DNA of 64,000 nt from Octopus vulgaris (lineage: Eukaryota): the NCBI GenBank assembly GCA_951406725.2, contig OX597832.1:20398001-20462000 (forward strand), in the 5' to 3' direction. The notes under the pieces were generated by a model. The model saw only the letters and a list, made by a program, of their open reading frames with translations. It had not been told where the DNA came from and did not search any database. A program made the position numbers and the translations under genes. Shown here in pieces: positions 45,060-56,830 of this stretch. How positions within the stretch are numbered: position 1 is the stretch's first letter; every line of letters begins with the position of its first letter.

Positions 45060-45181
45060 TCGTATGAATGCATATATATATATATATATATATATTTGAG
45101 TAGTTGAATGAATTATCTTGTTATGGATAATTCGGTTAACCGATACCTGGGTAGCAAATTCACATCAGAGAAGACACGTTC

Positions 45182-45225
<44 letters not shown>

Positions 45226-45401
45226 GTGTGTGGTAAGAAACTTGCTTCCCAACTACACAGTTCCTGGTCAGTCCCACCGCCTTTCACCTTGGGCAGGTGT
45301 GTTCAACTATATATATAATATGTGTATGCATATGTATATATATATACATATATATATATGTATATGTAAATATATATATATATATACATACATACATACA
45401 T

Positions 45402-45431
<30 letters not shown>

Positions 45432-45433
<2 letters not shown>

Positions 45434-45815
45434 CGAAGTCGGATGTAGAGGGTTTGTTGGACACAGCGTGAGACGACTGTTGTTATCTATAAAGTCAATA
45501 AACTCATCGTAAAGTCAATACCACCATGACTGATATCCAATCTACAGTGGAGAAGGCTAGCCACTGGATTTGGTTAAAAAGAGACGATAAGCGATGGCTA
45601 GAAGTATATTGAGTTCTTCATAACCAGCTGATCTAGCAAACGGGGTCTCATATCAGTGAGGCGGCCGGTGCGCATTCATGCCGTCGAGAGGTAGGCCCCG
45701 AAACGGCGCGCATTCTCTCCTGATGACCCCATACACTTGCTAGCTTCCGGTATACTGAGCTTTTAACTTGTAGCACTTGCATGTGCAAGTTGTTTGCAAG
45801 ACATTTATATATATA
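45432..45815 (+). mobile_element. 5'-truncated RLE-type non-LTR retrotransposon, most like the HERO clade (endonuclease C-terminus plus 3' UTR)
   Basis: IEVGCRGFVGHSVRRLLLSI (from 45432), then after a frameshift RKVNTTMTDIQSTVEKASHWIWLKRDDKRWLEVY* (45508-45612); EVGCRGF and AS.W.WLKR are typical ends of this group; begins at a (TA)n tract. Confidence 0.82.
45680..45734 (+). ncRNA. Candidate non-canonically permuted hammerhead ribozyme in the LINE 3' UTR
   Basis: GCCGT-C-GAGAG ... GTAGGCCCC-GAAACGGC ... CTCTC-CTGATGA-CCCCATAC; stems I and III fully paired, core unmutated, strand order reversed; stem II poorly paired next to the core. Confidence 0.5.
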
Positions 45816-45899
45816 CTTAATTTAGTCCGGTATTATTCATACAATTTCAAAATAAGGTGATTAAAATCAAAATAAGCAACAAGCTACAAGACAGAGTTT

Positions 45900-46200
45900 G
45901 GGGTCTTCTACTGTCTGGGTCTCCCTTCCAGTAGTTTCGAGACTTCAACACTGTCCGCCGATTTAAAGAGCTGCAGTAACCCATTTGATACCATTTCACT
46001 TTGCAGGATAATAGTTTTCATTGGTCGGATTTCGTATCCATCTGACGGCTGTAATGAAAAACTGGGATGCACCAAGTTACATCTATGATTTGTGAGTGCC
46101 AGATTAGACGGTTTGGTGATGATAATCAATTTTCCGATTTAGGTCCTGTTTATTGTGTTCCCTGATCGCATTATCCGGTTCTGATGACGGCTCATGTTGT
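45900..46200 (-). mobile_element. Decayed RTE-like LINE C-terminal fragment
   Basis: LALTNHRCNLVHPSFSLQPSDGYEIRPMKTII...EVSKLLEGR resembles the RTE end L.LAGH...L.WQP.HG..RP.KT.I...EL..LMEDR; similarity by eye only. Confidence 0.4.
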
Positions 46201-46578
46201 TTGGCCACACGCCATACAAATGAAAAAAATGACGGAGAAACATCTCCGAGATTGCCCGAGATGACACGAGCAGATACGGACACATGGTATCGGCAGTGAC
46301 GTACTGCAACGGTACATGCCGCCGTATATTATCTCACCTTGATGTTGTGTGGAGAGGACATTCCAACGTCGCAGACAGAGTCCTTCTTCAAGAAGAAGTT
46401 AGAGATAGTTTTTGATTATTTAACATTTTTTACTTAGAAGATGTAAACTATCTCTCATTTATTTATCTCTCCTTGAAATTTTCCGTGATGGATGAAATTG
46501 TTCGAAACGTTGCATCTTCCATACCGCATTCTATGTCCACTTTACTAATTTTAACTATTTCACTATATATATATATAT

Positions 46579-47168
46579 ACAATTCATAAATAAGGGCAAA
46601 GGAAAAATTTTCTAATGCCAAATATGCCGAAAAATTGGACATATTGTCCATTAACCATATAATGTTTTCACAATACGCACGCTACTCGAATAAAGGTCGA
46701 CAGAAATTTCTAAAAAATTCCATTATTACCATATCGGACCGATTCCAGAGTTAGCTACTAAGAGCCCTCTCTTCGTCAGTGATACATGTGGCAAAAGAAA
46801 TAAATGAGATACTTACTCATACCCATGGAAGAAGCAAATACTAAGTCATGGGCACAACTAAGTACCCCAAATACATCCAAAATAGAAATACTCCAGCCCA
46901 TTCGAGGCACGTGCGATTTGAACTGAGGCTCTCACAGAGTGAGTTAGTTAGTTCGGAAGTGAACGCTTAAATTTATATCAAATGTGAGGATAAAATTATT
47001 TTGAAAAAAAAAAATATATATATATTTTCTCGAAAAATTTTTTATCAATGGCCAGCATGTTAAAAAATACCTTTAACGGTTAAATTTATAAACAATTCAT
47101 AAATGAGGGCAAAGGAAAAAATTTCTAATGCCAAATATGCCGAAAAATTGGACATATTGTCCATTAAC

Positions 47169-47172
<4 letters not shown>
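46579..47172 (-). mobile_element. Penelope/retrozyme-like element: ~80-bp direct repeats (513-bp period) around a hammerhead, between (TA)n tracts
   Basis: ACAATTCATAAAT.AGGGCAAAGGAAAAATTT...GTCCATTAACCATA at 46579-46659 and 47092-47172. Confidence 0.75.
46730..46787 (-). ncRNA. Type I hammerhead ribozyme, slightly degenerate
   Basis: Minus: TGTATCA-CTGACGA-AGAG..GGCT...AGCT..CTCT-GGAA-TCGG-TC-CGATATG; GGAA replaces GAAA and the first stem I pair is mismatched. Confidence 0.65.
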
Positions 47173-47229
<57 letters not shown>

Positions 47230-47525
47230 GCGTGTGTATGTGTGTAGACATATATATATATATATATATATATACATACATATACTTTTTATGTATATAT
47301 ATGTGTGTGTGTGTGCGAGAGCAAACTTAAAGCATGAAGGGCTAGAATTTCGGGAATGACAAATGTAAAACTACACAATTACACACCCACATATACTCGC
47401 ACACTCCCACACATGCACACACAGACACACTCACGCACACTCACACACACACACACTCACACGTATATATATATATATCTATATACATATACATATATAA
47501 ATGTATAGGCACAACTACACGTACA

Positions 47526-47565
<40 letters not shown>

Positions 47566-48445
47566 TACAACATTTATATGCATGTATTTGCACATATATA
47601 CATATATATAGATATATATATACATATATTTACATTTATGCTTGACAAAAAAAAGATACACATTATTGCACACACACACACATACCTACGAACTCACAAG
47701 TCATATTAAAGCTGTTTGACGATGCGTTGTTTTCTCACAGTTCCATGCTAAAGTGCAGTTTTTGACAACAACTTGTCATTAATATATGATTGCCGTGTCT
47801 TTGTGAAACGCGTGAAGCGAATAAAACTCGACCTCATTGCAACGGAAACAACTCCATCTTCTAACGTTATTCGACTGTCAGTCACGGATGCTCTTTCTCC
47901 GAGTAGTTTTACTTTTACTAACATTTTATGAAATGCTCCATATATTAAGTCACGATTATCCAGAAAATGATAAACTAAAAGTTCACTTGTAAGCTAGCAG
48001 ATTCAAACAGCTTCCGTTTATCGTGAACGTATTTGCTTCTACTGATGCGTTTCTATGTATCTAAGTATATAATATATATATATATATATATACATACTCA
48101 TATATATACATATATAAGTTAATATGTATGTGTATATATATGCACATATACTTATGTATATATGTATATATATATATACATATATACGTATATATATATA
48201 TATATATAAATATATATATACATATACATATACAAGTATATATATACAAATATATATGTGTGTGTGTACTACAACATACGTACATATATACATACATGTA
48301 CATGTATGTATATATATATATATACATATATGTATATATATATATATATATATACATATATATATTTATATTTATATATATATACATATGTATTTATATA
48401 TATATATATACATATATATGCATGTATATACAGAAACACACACAT

Positions 48446-48524
<79 letters not shown>

Positions 48525-49159
48525 TATTAGATATATAGATAGACAGACAGACAGCTGTACGTAAGTAAGTATATATGTCGAAGAGTTATTCTTTTAAATG
48601 CTTTGTTTAAAAAACACGACCGTGTTCCAGTTTTACCATTTTTAGCAAATGTTTTTTGTCTTTTCATAATTTCCTCTGAGTTTTTTGGGGGCGGGGTTAT
48701 TTCGAACAAAAGGATTGATGAAGTTCCAATGTCATCAACATTGCCAGACTACCACAGAGTTCGATTCAGGATGATTTGTTATTAGTGGTTATTGCTACAC
48801 TGTTATACAAAATAATTTTCAAAAGAGATATTGATGACGCAATGAAAAACTAAAGGGCAGAATTTTAAACAAACACTGAGATATATAACTATCTCTCAAA
48901 CATAAAGAGAACATTAGGGTGCCCTTATTTATGACGACTATCTATAGAAACAGTGATAAGAATAACTACGAGAGGAATTATTGGTCATTCGTGCCCTAAA
49001 ATAGCTTCAATACACTGTAGGAATTTTAGGATGGCACGGATGAAATAATGAGAAACCCAGAGAAGTTCATTTGCGGCTCAAAATAATCTATACATGCTTA
49101 TGTATTTTGCATATATATATGTGCGTATACATACATACACACATACATACATACATACA

Positions 49160-49195
<36 letters not shown>

Positions 49196-49339
49196 CATAC
49201 ATACATACATATATACACATATGTATGGATATATATAGATACATATATATATATTTATATGTAAATATATAAATGTATATATATATGTGACCATGAGTCT
49301 TGTTCTGTCTCCATATGTTCGTGTGCTCTGTCTCTCTAG

Positions 49340-49389
<50 letters not shown>

Positions 49390-49495
49390 ATATCCATCTA
49401 TCTATATGGGTGTTAGTAAATATACGTTTAGAAATATATGCATGTAGCTATACACATATTTATGCATATACATACATATGTGTGTGTGTGTATGC

Positions 49496-49550
<55 letters not shown>

Positions 49551-49708
49551 CACATTTATATATATACACACAGGCATATATAAATACATACATATATACA
49601 TATATCTATATACACGCATATATATACACACATACAGACATATTTATAAATACATATATATATATATACGTATATATATATATACACGCATATATATACA
49701 CAAATACA

Positions 49709-49744
<36 letters not shown>

Positions 49745-49794
49745 CATATACATATTTATATATATGTATGCCTAGGTCAATACGTACTACATAC

Positions 49795-49938
49795 CGAAAA
49801 ACACCACAAACAGAAATGAAAAATAGGTGGTTTTATTTTTCTTCTGGACAAGCCAAAAATCAACATTATTAGTCCAACTTGCGATCGAAGTTCGTGTCTC
49901 TCTGCGCATCTTAATGTGTTCGCGTTTGGCGGAAACGT
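49795..49938 (-). other. Candidate 144-nt (or first) exon in a CpG-rich patch
   Basis: Minus: ccatgtttcag|ACGTTTCCG...GTGTTTTTCG|gtatgt; two frames are open. Confidence 0.4.
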
Positions 49939-50037
49939 CTGAAACATGGAGTCGGAGTCACGAACTAGATTAATACTGAGGGCACCTGAAGAATTAACAC
50001 TGAAGTCAGGTTGGTGAGCTCCTTGCTTTTTATTCAG

Positions 50038-50103
50038 TTATAAACTTAAACTATCATAACACAGACGACTGGGGAAATATTTCAAAAGACTACATTGTTC
50101 TCG
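50038..50103 (+). other. Candidate 66-nt plus-strand exon
   Basis: cttgctttttattcag|TTATAAAC...GTTCTCG|gtaagt; phase 1-1 frame INLNYHNTDDWGNISKDYIVL is open; TCAGTT could instead be an initiator. Confidence 0.35.
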
Positions 50104-50460
50104 GTAAGTACATGAGGGAAGGAAAAAGGGAGTAACGAAGAAAAGAAAGGAGACTGTATTAGAAGAGAGACGGAGAGAAAGAAGTGTGGTGGGGGGAATC
50201 AAGAAAACGAAAAATGTGAGAAAGAAGAAATGGAGGCGAGAAAGAAAGATCTTACATGCGATAGAGAAAGAGATGAAAATTCTAAATGAAACCAAAAATG
50301 AGAAGATATAAAACAACAAAACCAACGATAGTAATTACGAATAACTGTGTTAATATTACTACGGACAGTGGCAGCAGTAAACACTGTGTCAAGTATAGAT
50401 TATTTAGTACATGTGATACACAGCAAGGAAATATACACAAAATAAGAACTATACAAAACT

Positions 50461-50508
50461 ATAATTATAATAATAATTATAATGATGATAATAATAATAA
50501 TAATAATG

Positions 50509-50581
<73 letters not shown>

Positions 50582-50638
50582 TAATGATAATGATGATGAT
50601 GATGATGATGATGATAAATAAGAATAATGATGATGATA

Positions 50639-50670
<32 letters not shown>

Positions 50671-50856
50671 GATGATGATGATGATGATGATGATAATAAT
50701 ATTAATAATAATAATAATAATAATGATGATGATGATGATGATAAATAAGAATAATAATGATGATAATAATAATAATATAATAATAATAATAATGATGATA
50801 ATAATAATAATAATAATAATAATGATAATAATAATAATATAATAATAATAATAATG

Positions 50857-50911
<55 letters not shown>

Positions 50912-50995
50912 TAATAATAATAATAATAATAATAAAAATAATGATAATGATGATGATGATGATGATGATGATAAATAAGAATAATGATGATGATA

Positions 50996-51027
<32 letters not shown>

Positions 51028-51119
51028 GATGATGATGATGATGATGATGATAATAATATTAATAATAATAATAATAATAATGATGATGATGATGATGATA
51101 AATAAGAATAATAATGATG

Positions 51120-51151
<32 letters not shown>

Positions 51152-51161
51152 GAGGAGGATG

Positions 51162-51235
<74 letters not shown>

Positions 51236-51529
51236 AAGAAGAAGAAGAAGAAAAGAAGAAGAAGAATGATGATGATGATGATGTTGATAATAATAATAAG
51301 AAGAAGGAGGAGGAGGAGGAGGAGAAGAAGAAGAAGAAGAAGGAGAAGAAGAAGAAGAAGAAGAAGAAGAAGAAGAAGAAGAAGGAAGAAGAAGAAGAAG
51401 AAGAAGAAGAAGAAGAAGGAAAAGAAGAAGAAGGAAAAGAAGAAGAAGGAAGAAGAAGAAGAAGAAGAAGAAGAAGAAGAAGAAGAAGAAGAAGAAGAAG
51501 AAGAAGAAGAAGAAGATAAAGAAGAAGAA
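50461..51529. repeat. (AAT)n/(GAT)n/(GAA)n array with a higher-order duplication
   Basis: Block AATAAAAATAATGAT...GATAAATAAGAAT...AATATTAAT...GATAAATAAGAAT occurs twice, ~357 bp apart. Confidence 0.95.
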
Positions 51530-51933
51530 GTCAAACACGGGGAAAAAAAAGAGAGAAAATAAAAAGGGAAATACACCTCGATATTGTAAACGCAGTTTTC
51601 TATAGGAGCATTGTATAAGGTCTCGACTGTGCTGAGCAATATGAAGGACACGAAATGCAGGTTTCTAAGGTGATTATTGTAGACTTTTCTCATTTCTAAA
51701 GCTGGGGGTTTAAGCTTACTATTCTTAGTTGACACAGATCAACTGTCTGTTATTTTACCTTACACAACGAACTGTTTTTTTTTATTCCAAAGCTAAGTGC
51801 ACGCGACAAATCTAGAACAATAATGGTTTGGTTTAATGCTCTGTTTGTTCGCACTAAATCTTGCTTTAGAGAAGAAGCCGGTAATCTAGACGATATGAAA
51901 AAAAAAAGGTAAGCCATGAAGCAAAAAAAATTC

Positions 51934-52099
51934 AGGCGCAGGAGTGGCTGTGTGGTAAGTAGCTTGCTAACCAACCACATGGTTCCGGGTTCAGTCCCAC
52001 TGCGTGGCGTCTTGGGCAAGTGTCTTCTGCTATAGCACCGGGCCGACCAATGCCTTGTGAGTGGATTTGGTAGACGGAAACTGAAAGAAGCCCATCGTA

Positions 52100-52170
<71 letters not shown>

Positions 52171-52372
52171 CTCTGTTTGTCCCCCCAGCATTGCTTGACA
52201 ACCGATGCTGGTGTGTTTACGTCCCCGTCACTTAGCGGTTCGGCAAAAGAGACCGATAGAATAAGTACTGGGCTTACAAAGAATAAGTCCCGGGGTCGAT
52301 TTGCTCGACTAAAGGCGGTGCTCCAGCATGGCCGCAGTCAAATGACTGAAACAAGTAAAAGAGTAAAAGAGT
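51934..52372 (+). mobile_element. Full-length SINE family B
   Basis: AGGCGCAGGAGTGGCTGTGTGGTAAG head, GGTTCAGTCCC B box, CTTGGGCAAGTGTCTT CORE-like motif, long internal (TA)n, (GTAAAAGA)2 tail. Confidence 0.96.
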
Positions 52373-52599
52373 ATATTTGAATAGTTCTAATCATGGCTGT
52401 ATTCGTCATCAACATCATCAGTGAGACCTTAGAAGGTTGTAGCTTGATTACGATGCATCCTCATCTATTTATCTGTAGGGCGATGAAACAAAGTTAAATA
52501 AGCTTCAATCATATCCGAAAGGCCTCTTCTTATTGAGGTATATCAGTGCATATTTCCGCCTTTTAAGTACAGGGTGCGTCTTCGATTTCTGGAAAATAA

Positions 52600-53043
52600 G
52601 ATGCAGGTGAGGCTGTGTGGTAAGAAGCTTGCTCCCCAACTACATGATTCAGAGTTCAGTTCCACTAGGTGGTCCCATGGGTAAGTTTCTCCTACAAAAG
52701 CTTCAAGCCCGCATCTAGGCTTCGTAAGCCTGGTACGTATCATATCGGTCTCTTTTGCCGATCCGCTAGGTTACGGGGACGTAAACACACCAGCATCGGT
52801 TGTCAAGCGATGTTGGGGGGACAAACACAAACACACAAATATATGCACACACATACATATGAATATATATACATATATACGACGGGCTTCTTTCAGTTTC
52901 CGTCTTCCAAATCCACTCACAAGGCTTTGGTGGGCCCGTGGCTATAGTAGAAGACACTTGCCCAAGGTGCCACACAGAGGGAGTGAACCCGGAACCATGT
53001 AACTGGTAAGCAAGCTACTTACCACACAGCCACTCCTACGCCT
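52600..53043. mobile_element. Old SINE B head (plus, 52600-52718) abutting a 3'-truncated SINE B (minus, 52721-53043)
   Basis: Homology to 51934-52372 in both orientations. Confidence 0.9.
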
Positions 53044-53194
53044 ATAACAACACACGTGGTTATGCCAGATTGTGGTTTTAACAACAGCAACAACAAAATA
53101 TTTCACGATGAGCACAAGACGATTCCCAACAATAATTACTATTAACGTGACGAGTGTAAGATGGAATGGGCTTTGTGATTAAGAAACGTAAGAA

Positions 53195-54032
53195 ATATTT
53201 TGGAAGGACGCAAATCTGTGTCGTCAACTCAGTGCTCAACTGGTTCTTGTGAAAGCGAAAGGATGGAAGTCAAAGTAATTTCGATGGAATTTGAGTTAAG
53301 GACTTAAAACTAGGAGAAATGCCTATTTCTTTACTACCCACAAGGGGCTAAACAGAGAGAGGACAAACAAGGACAGCCAAACGGATGAAGTCGATTATAT
53401 CGACTTCAGTAACTGGTACTTATTTAATCGACCCCGAAAGGATGAAAGGCAAAGTCGACCTCGGTGGAATTTGAACTCAGAACGTAACGGCAGACGAAAT
53501 ACTGCTAAGCATTTCGCTCGGCGTGGTAACGATTCTGCCAGCTCGCCGTCTAAAAAAAATAAAGAATATTTATCCGTTAATGTGGCGTTGGGCACTCATT
53601 TTCGGTATTCGATAATAGTGCATGTGTGTGTGGATACGATTAGTTTCTTTCCGTTTCTGTCTACCAAATTCACTCACAAAGCATCGATCAACACGGGGCT
53701 GTTGTAGAAAATACTTGCCCAAGGTACCGCGGAGTGAGAGGGGATTGAAACAGAAAGCTCGGCGGAATTTGAACTCAGAACGTAGCGGCAGACGAAATAC
53801 CTATTTCTTTTTTACCCACAAGGGGCTAAACATAGAGGGGACAAACAAGGACAGATATAGGTATTAAGTCGATTATATCGCCCCCAGTGCGTAACTGGTA
53901 CTTAATTTATTGACCCCGAAATGATGAAAGGCAAAGTCGACCTCGGCGTAATTTGAACTCAGAACGTAGCGGCAGACGAAATGCCGCTAAGCATTTTCTT
54001 CGGCGAGCAAACTATTCTGCTGGCTCGCTGCC
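53195..54032 (-). mobile_element. Two SINE family A dimers (53195-53550 and 53757-54032) around a SINE B fragment
   Basis: Junctions GAAATGCCTATTTCTTTAC at ~53316 and GAAATACCTATTTCTTT at ~53794; periods 180 and 184. Confidence 0.9.
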
Positions 54033-54389
54033 TTAACAATAATGGCAACAGTAATAACAGCAGTTATTGCTGAGAAAGATATATTGAACGTCGTGCCATC
54101 AATTGTAACTTCTAAATTGAACTTAAGGTGTTTATCTCCAGGTCAAACAGTTCAAGTGTGTGTTACATGCTATTTGTACAACATACAAGACCCATTTTGT
54201 CTTCGTCCGAAGTATTAGCAGACATAAGACGTGTAGAACAATAGCGATATAGGTTAATGCAGTGTTTGCTCACACTGAAATCTTACTCTGCTGGGTGGCG
54301 TTACGTTATAAATATGTGAGAATTATTTAAGATGACGAAAAAGTACAGTGATTCACTAAAATAATTTCCATTAACATGACAAGTGTAAG

Positions 54390-54820
54390 ATGGCATGGCT
54401 TTGTGATTAAGAGGCTTACTTTGGAAGCATGCCGTGTCGAGTTCAGATCCACTCTGAGGCATTTTGGGCCAGTGTTTTCTAATTTTGGGACAGTGTTTTC
54501 TAATATAGATCCTGGACAATTGCGTACTAGGGTCGATCTAATCGACTTACCCCTTCCTCCATGATTACGGGCCTTGTGCCTAGAGTAGAAAAGATTATAA
54601 TATAGATGTATGTGTTAAGGGGACGAGCTAGCAGAACAGTTACCACGCCGGGGAAAAGGTCTTGGCAACATTTCTTCTGAGTTCAAATTCCGACATATGG
54701 ACTATGCTAATCTTCCTTCTGGGGTCGATAAAATAAGTAGCAATTGACCTCTGTGCTCTCGATTGTATAGATCTACCCAGTCGCTTGAAATAGTTGACAT
54801 TGTACCAAAATTTGTAATCC
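54390..54820 (+). mobile_element. Decayed SINE B head joined to an A-type tail, then an old SINE A copy (from 54619)
   Basis: B-type head, GGGTCGATCTAATCGACTTACCCC...GGCCTTGTGCC tail, then GGGGACGAGCTAGCAGAAC head. Confidence 0.7.
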
Positions 54821-55732
54821 CTATTGACAAATATGGATCTCGTAATATTTGGGAGTTATGTCTTATGGAGTATATCTTAGGGAAATCCTAGCTCTCTGTA
54901 CATTTAGAATGATATGCAATACTATGCTTGTATAACATAATCTATAACTGAAGAAAATCTGAGTAAAAATCACTAATACTCTGGGCCGATATGTAATACT
55001 GCAGGGTAATACAGGAAAACTAAGATTAAAGAAACAGTATAACACTAGATGCATACTGGTTATTCGGTATTAGTTTCAGTAGCTTTACCTTCCAGACCAA
55101 ATAAATAATTTACTCTTAATTACACGAAGCGAATTACACAATACTTGTAATATTTAAACGGGTCTTCTGTATTTTATCATATATAATTTTGTATATGTAA
55201 TGTGGCTTGAAGCAGAATGCTACTGAAACAATTGTAACTGGTTCTGAAATTATGATCTACTGATTTAGTCATTTTTGTCATCTAATTTACTCTGCAACGT
55301 TAAAGCATATCAAGTTGACTATGAGCCTAATCAAGCTTTTTTTCTTTTTTCTTTTTTATTTATTTATTTATTTTTTTGGAATGTCTAAGGCTGCTCGGGA
55401 AATAGAGAATTACAGTAATTAGCTTAATTGCTCTTAATAATCTACTGAAAACCATTTGGAATAAATTGCTGATATCAGGTAGAAAGATATAACTGTTGTA
55501 GAGCATTTCTCTACAAGATCTTCTCTTCTTTTCTTTCTTTCTCTCTCTCCTTTTTTTCTTTTTTTTTTTTGTAAGTTATACAAAAATACATAACGATAGC
55601 AAAAAGAGTATCAGACAGAGAATTTAATATAATCGATATGTAGTCACATATGGCCGAAATACAACGATTGCAGCCAGTAACAGAATAATGAAAGAAGTTT
55701 AAAATATTTTTTTTTTTGTTTTCATTTCTTTA

Positions 55733-56035
55733 GGTTTATGCAAATGTCTCCTTCTACAGCTTCGGACCGACCAAAGCGTTCTGAGTGGATTTGATCGACG
55801 GCAACTGAATGAAGCCTGTCGTATATATATATGTGTGTGTGTATCTTTGTTTCCAACCACAGCTTGACAACCAGCGTTGCTGTGTTTACCACCCCTGTGA
55901 ACTAGCGGTTCGACAAAATAGACCGGTAGAAGAAGAACAAGGCTTTAAAAATAAGCCCTGGAGTTCGACTGAAACCCCTTCAATGCGGTGCCCAGTATGG
56001 CTGCAGTCAAATGACGGAAAAAATCTAAAAAGGTA
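55733..56035 (+). mobile_element. Old SINE family B copy
   Basis: CCGACCAAAGC...GAGTGGATTTG...GCTTGACAACC...TAGCGGTTCG...GCAGTCAAATGAC. Confidence 0.8.
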
Positions 56036-56411
56036 TCATTATGACCATTTCAAAGTATCAAACATACATTAATTATGACATTGATTAAAATAATATTCTT
56101 GTACAACAAAACTTCACTTCATTTCAAAAGGAAAATTCAGAAATTGAGATTATTACTTATTTTTATGGTAGATTCTTAGGACCTGGTCGGATCAAAATTA
56201 TGTATTTCTTCGTAATCTTGTACACCATTATTAATAAGACCTTCAGCGAGAAAAATCCTCAATGTCATTCATAAGTCACACGCTGATGTGTGGAAGATTT
56301 ACTGGTGTACGAGCGCAAATGAACGCAACTAAAATTTAGACACAACCCATCAAACCTATAATAGGATCCGGGCCATTTTAACGGTTTTCAATTTAGATTT
56401 ATTGGCACTTT

Positions 56412-56527
56412 CGGGGTCGATAAATTAAGTACTAGTTACGCACTGTGGTCGATGTAATCGACTTAATCCCATTGTCTGTCCTTGTTTGTCCCCTCTATGT
56501 TTAGCCCCTTGTGAGCGATGAAGAAAT
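56412..56527 (+). mobile_element. 5'-truncated SINE family A with 15-bp TSD
   Basis: ATTTATTGGCACTTT at 56397-56411 and 56528-56542. Confidence 0.92.
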
Positions 56528-56751
56528 ATTTATTGGCACTTTTCACAAGTCTACGGTTGTCTACACCCATCAAACAGACTGACTTTGTCTTCCTTCATAT
56601 AAAGGCAATTGGTCAATGGAAGCTCAGGATAAGTCCGTGTATCTCCCATGTTTGTCTGTATAGGCACTTGAATCAGTTTTAGCTTTAAAACTTCAAACAT
56701 TTCTATAATTTTTGTTTCATTATTGAAAAAAATACACGTGTGTCATATTAT

Positions 56752-56830
56752 TATGTTAGGAACATCATAAGTATATGACACATATGTTAGGATCATCAGA
56801 AGTATATGACACATATGTTAGGATCATCAT
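56752..56830 (+). repeat. 31-bp minisatellite, ~2.5 copies
   Basis: TATGTTAGGA(A/T)CATCA(T/G)AAGTATATGACACA. Confidence 0.92.

Noticed and set aside
50449-51735. 428-aa ORF and the many other YI/CV/HT/poly-I/poly-S/poly-D ORFs in the track
   Set aside because: They are translations of di-, tri- and tetranucleotide repeats lacking stops in some frames; no domain content.
54994-55015. TAATACTGCAGGGTAAT resembles miR-8/miR-200
   Set aside because: No complementary arm upstream; it sits in a short TAATAC direct repeat.
56752-56830. Regularly spaced short repeats as a CRISPR-like array
   Set aside because: Simple tandem units without unique spacers, in eukaryotic DNA with no cas genes.
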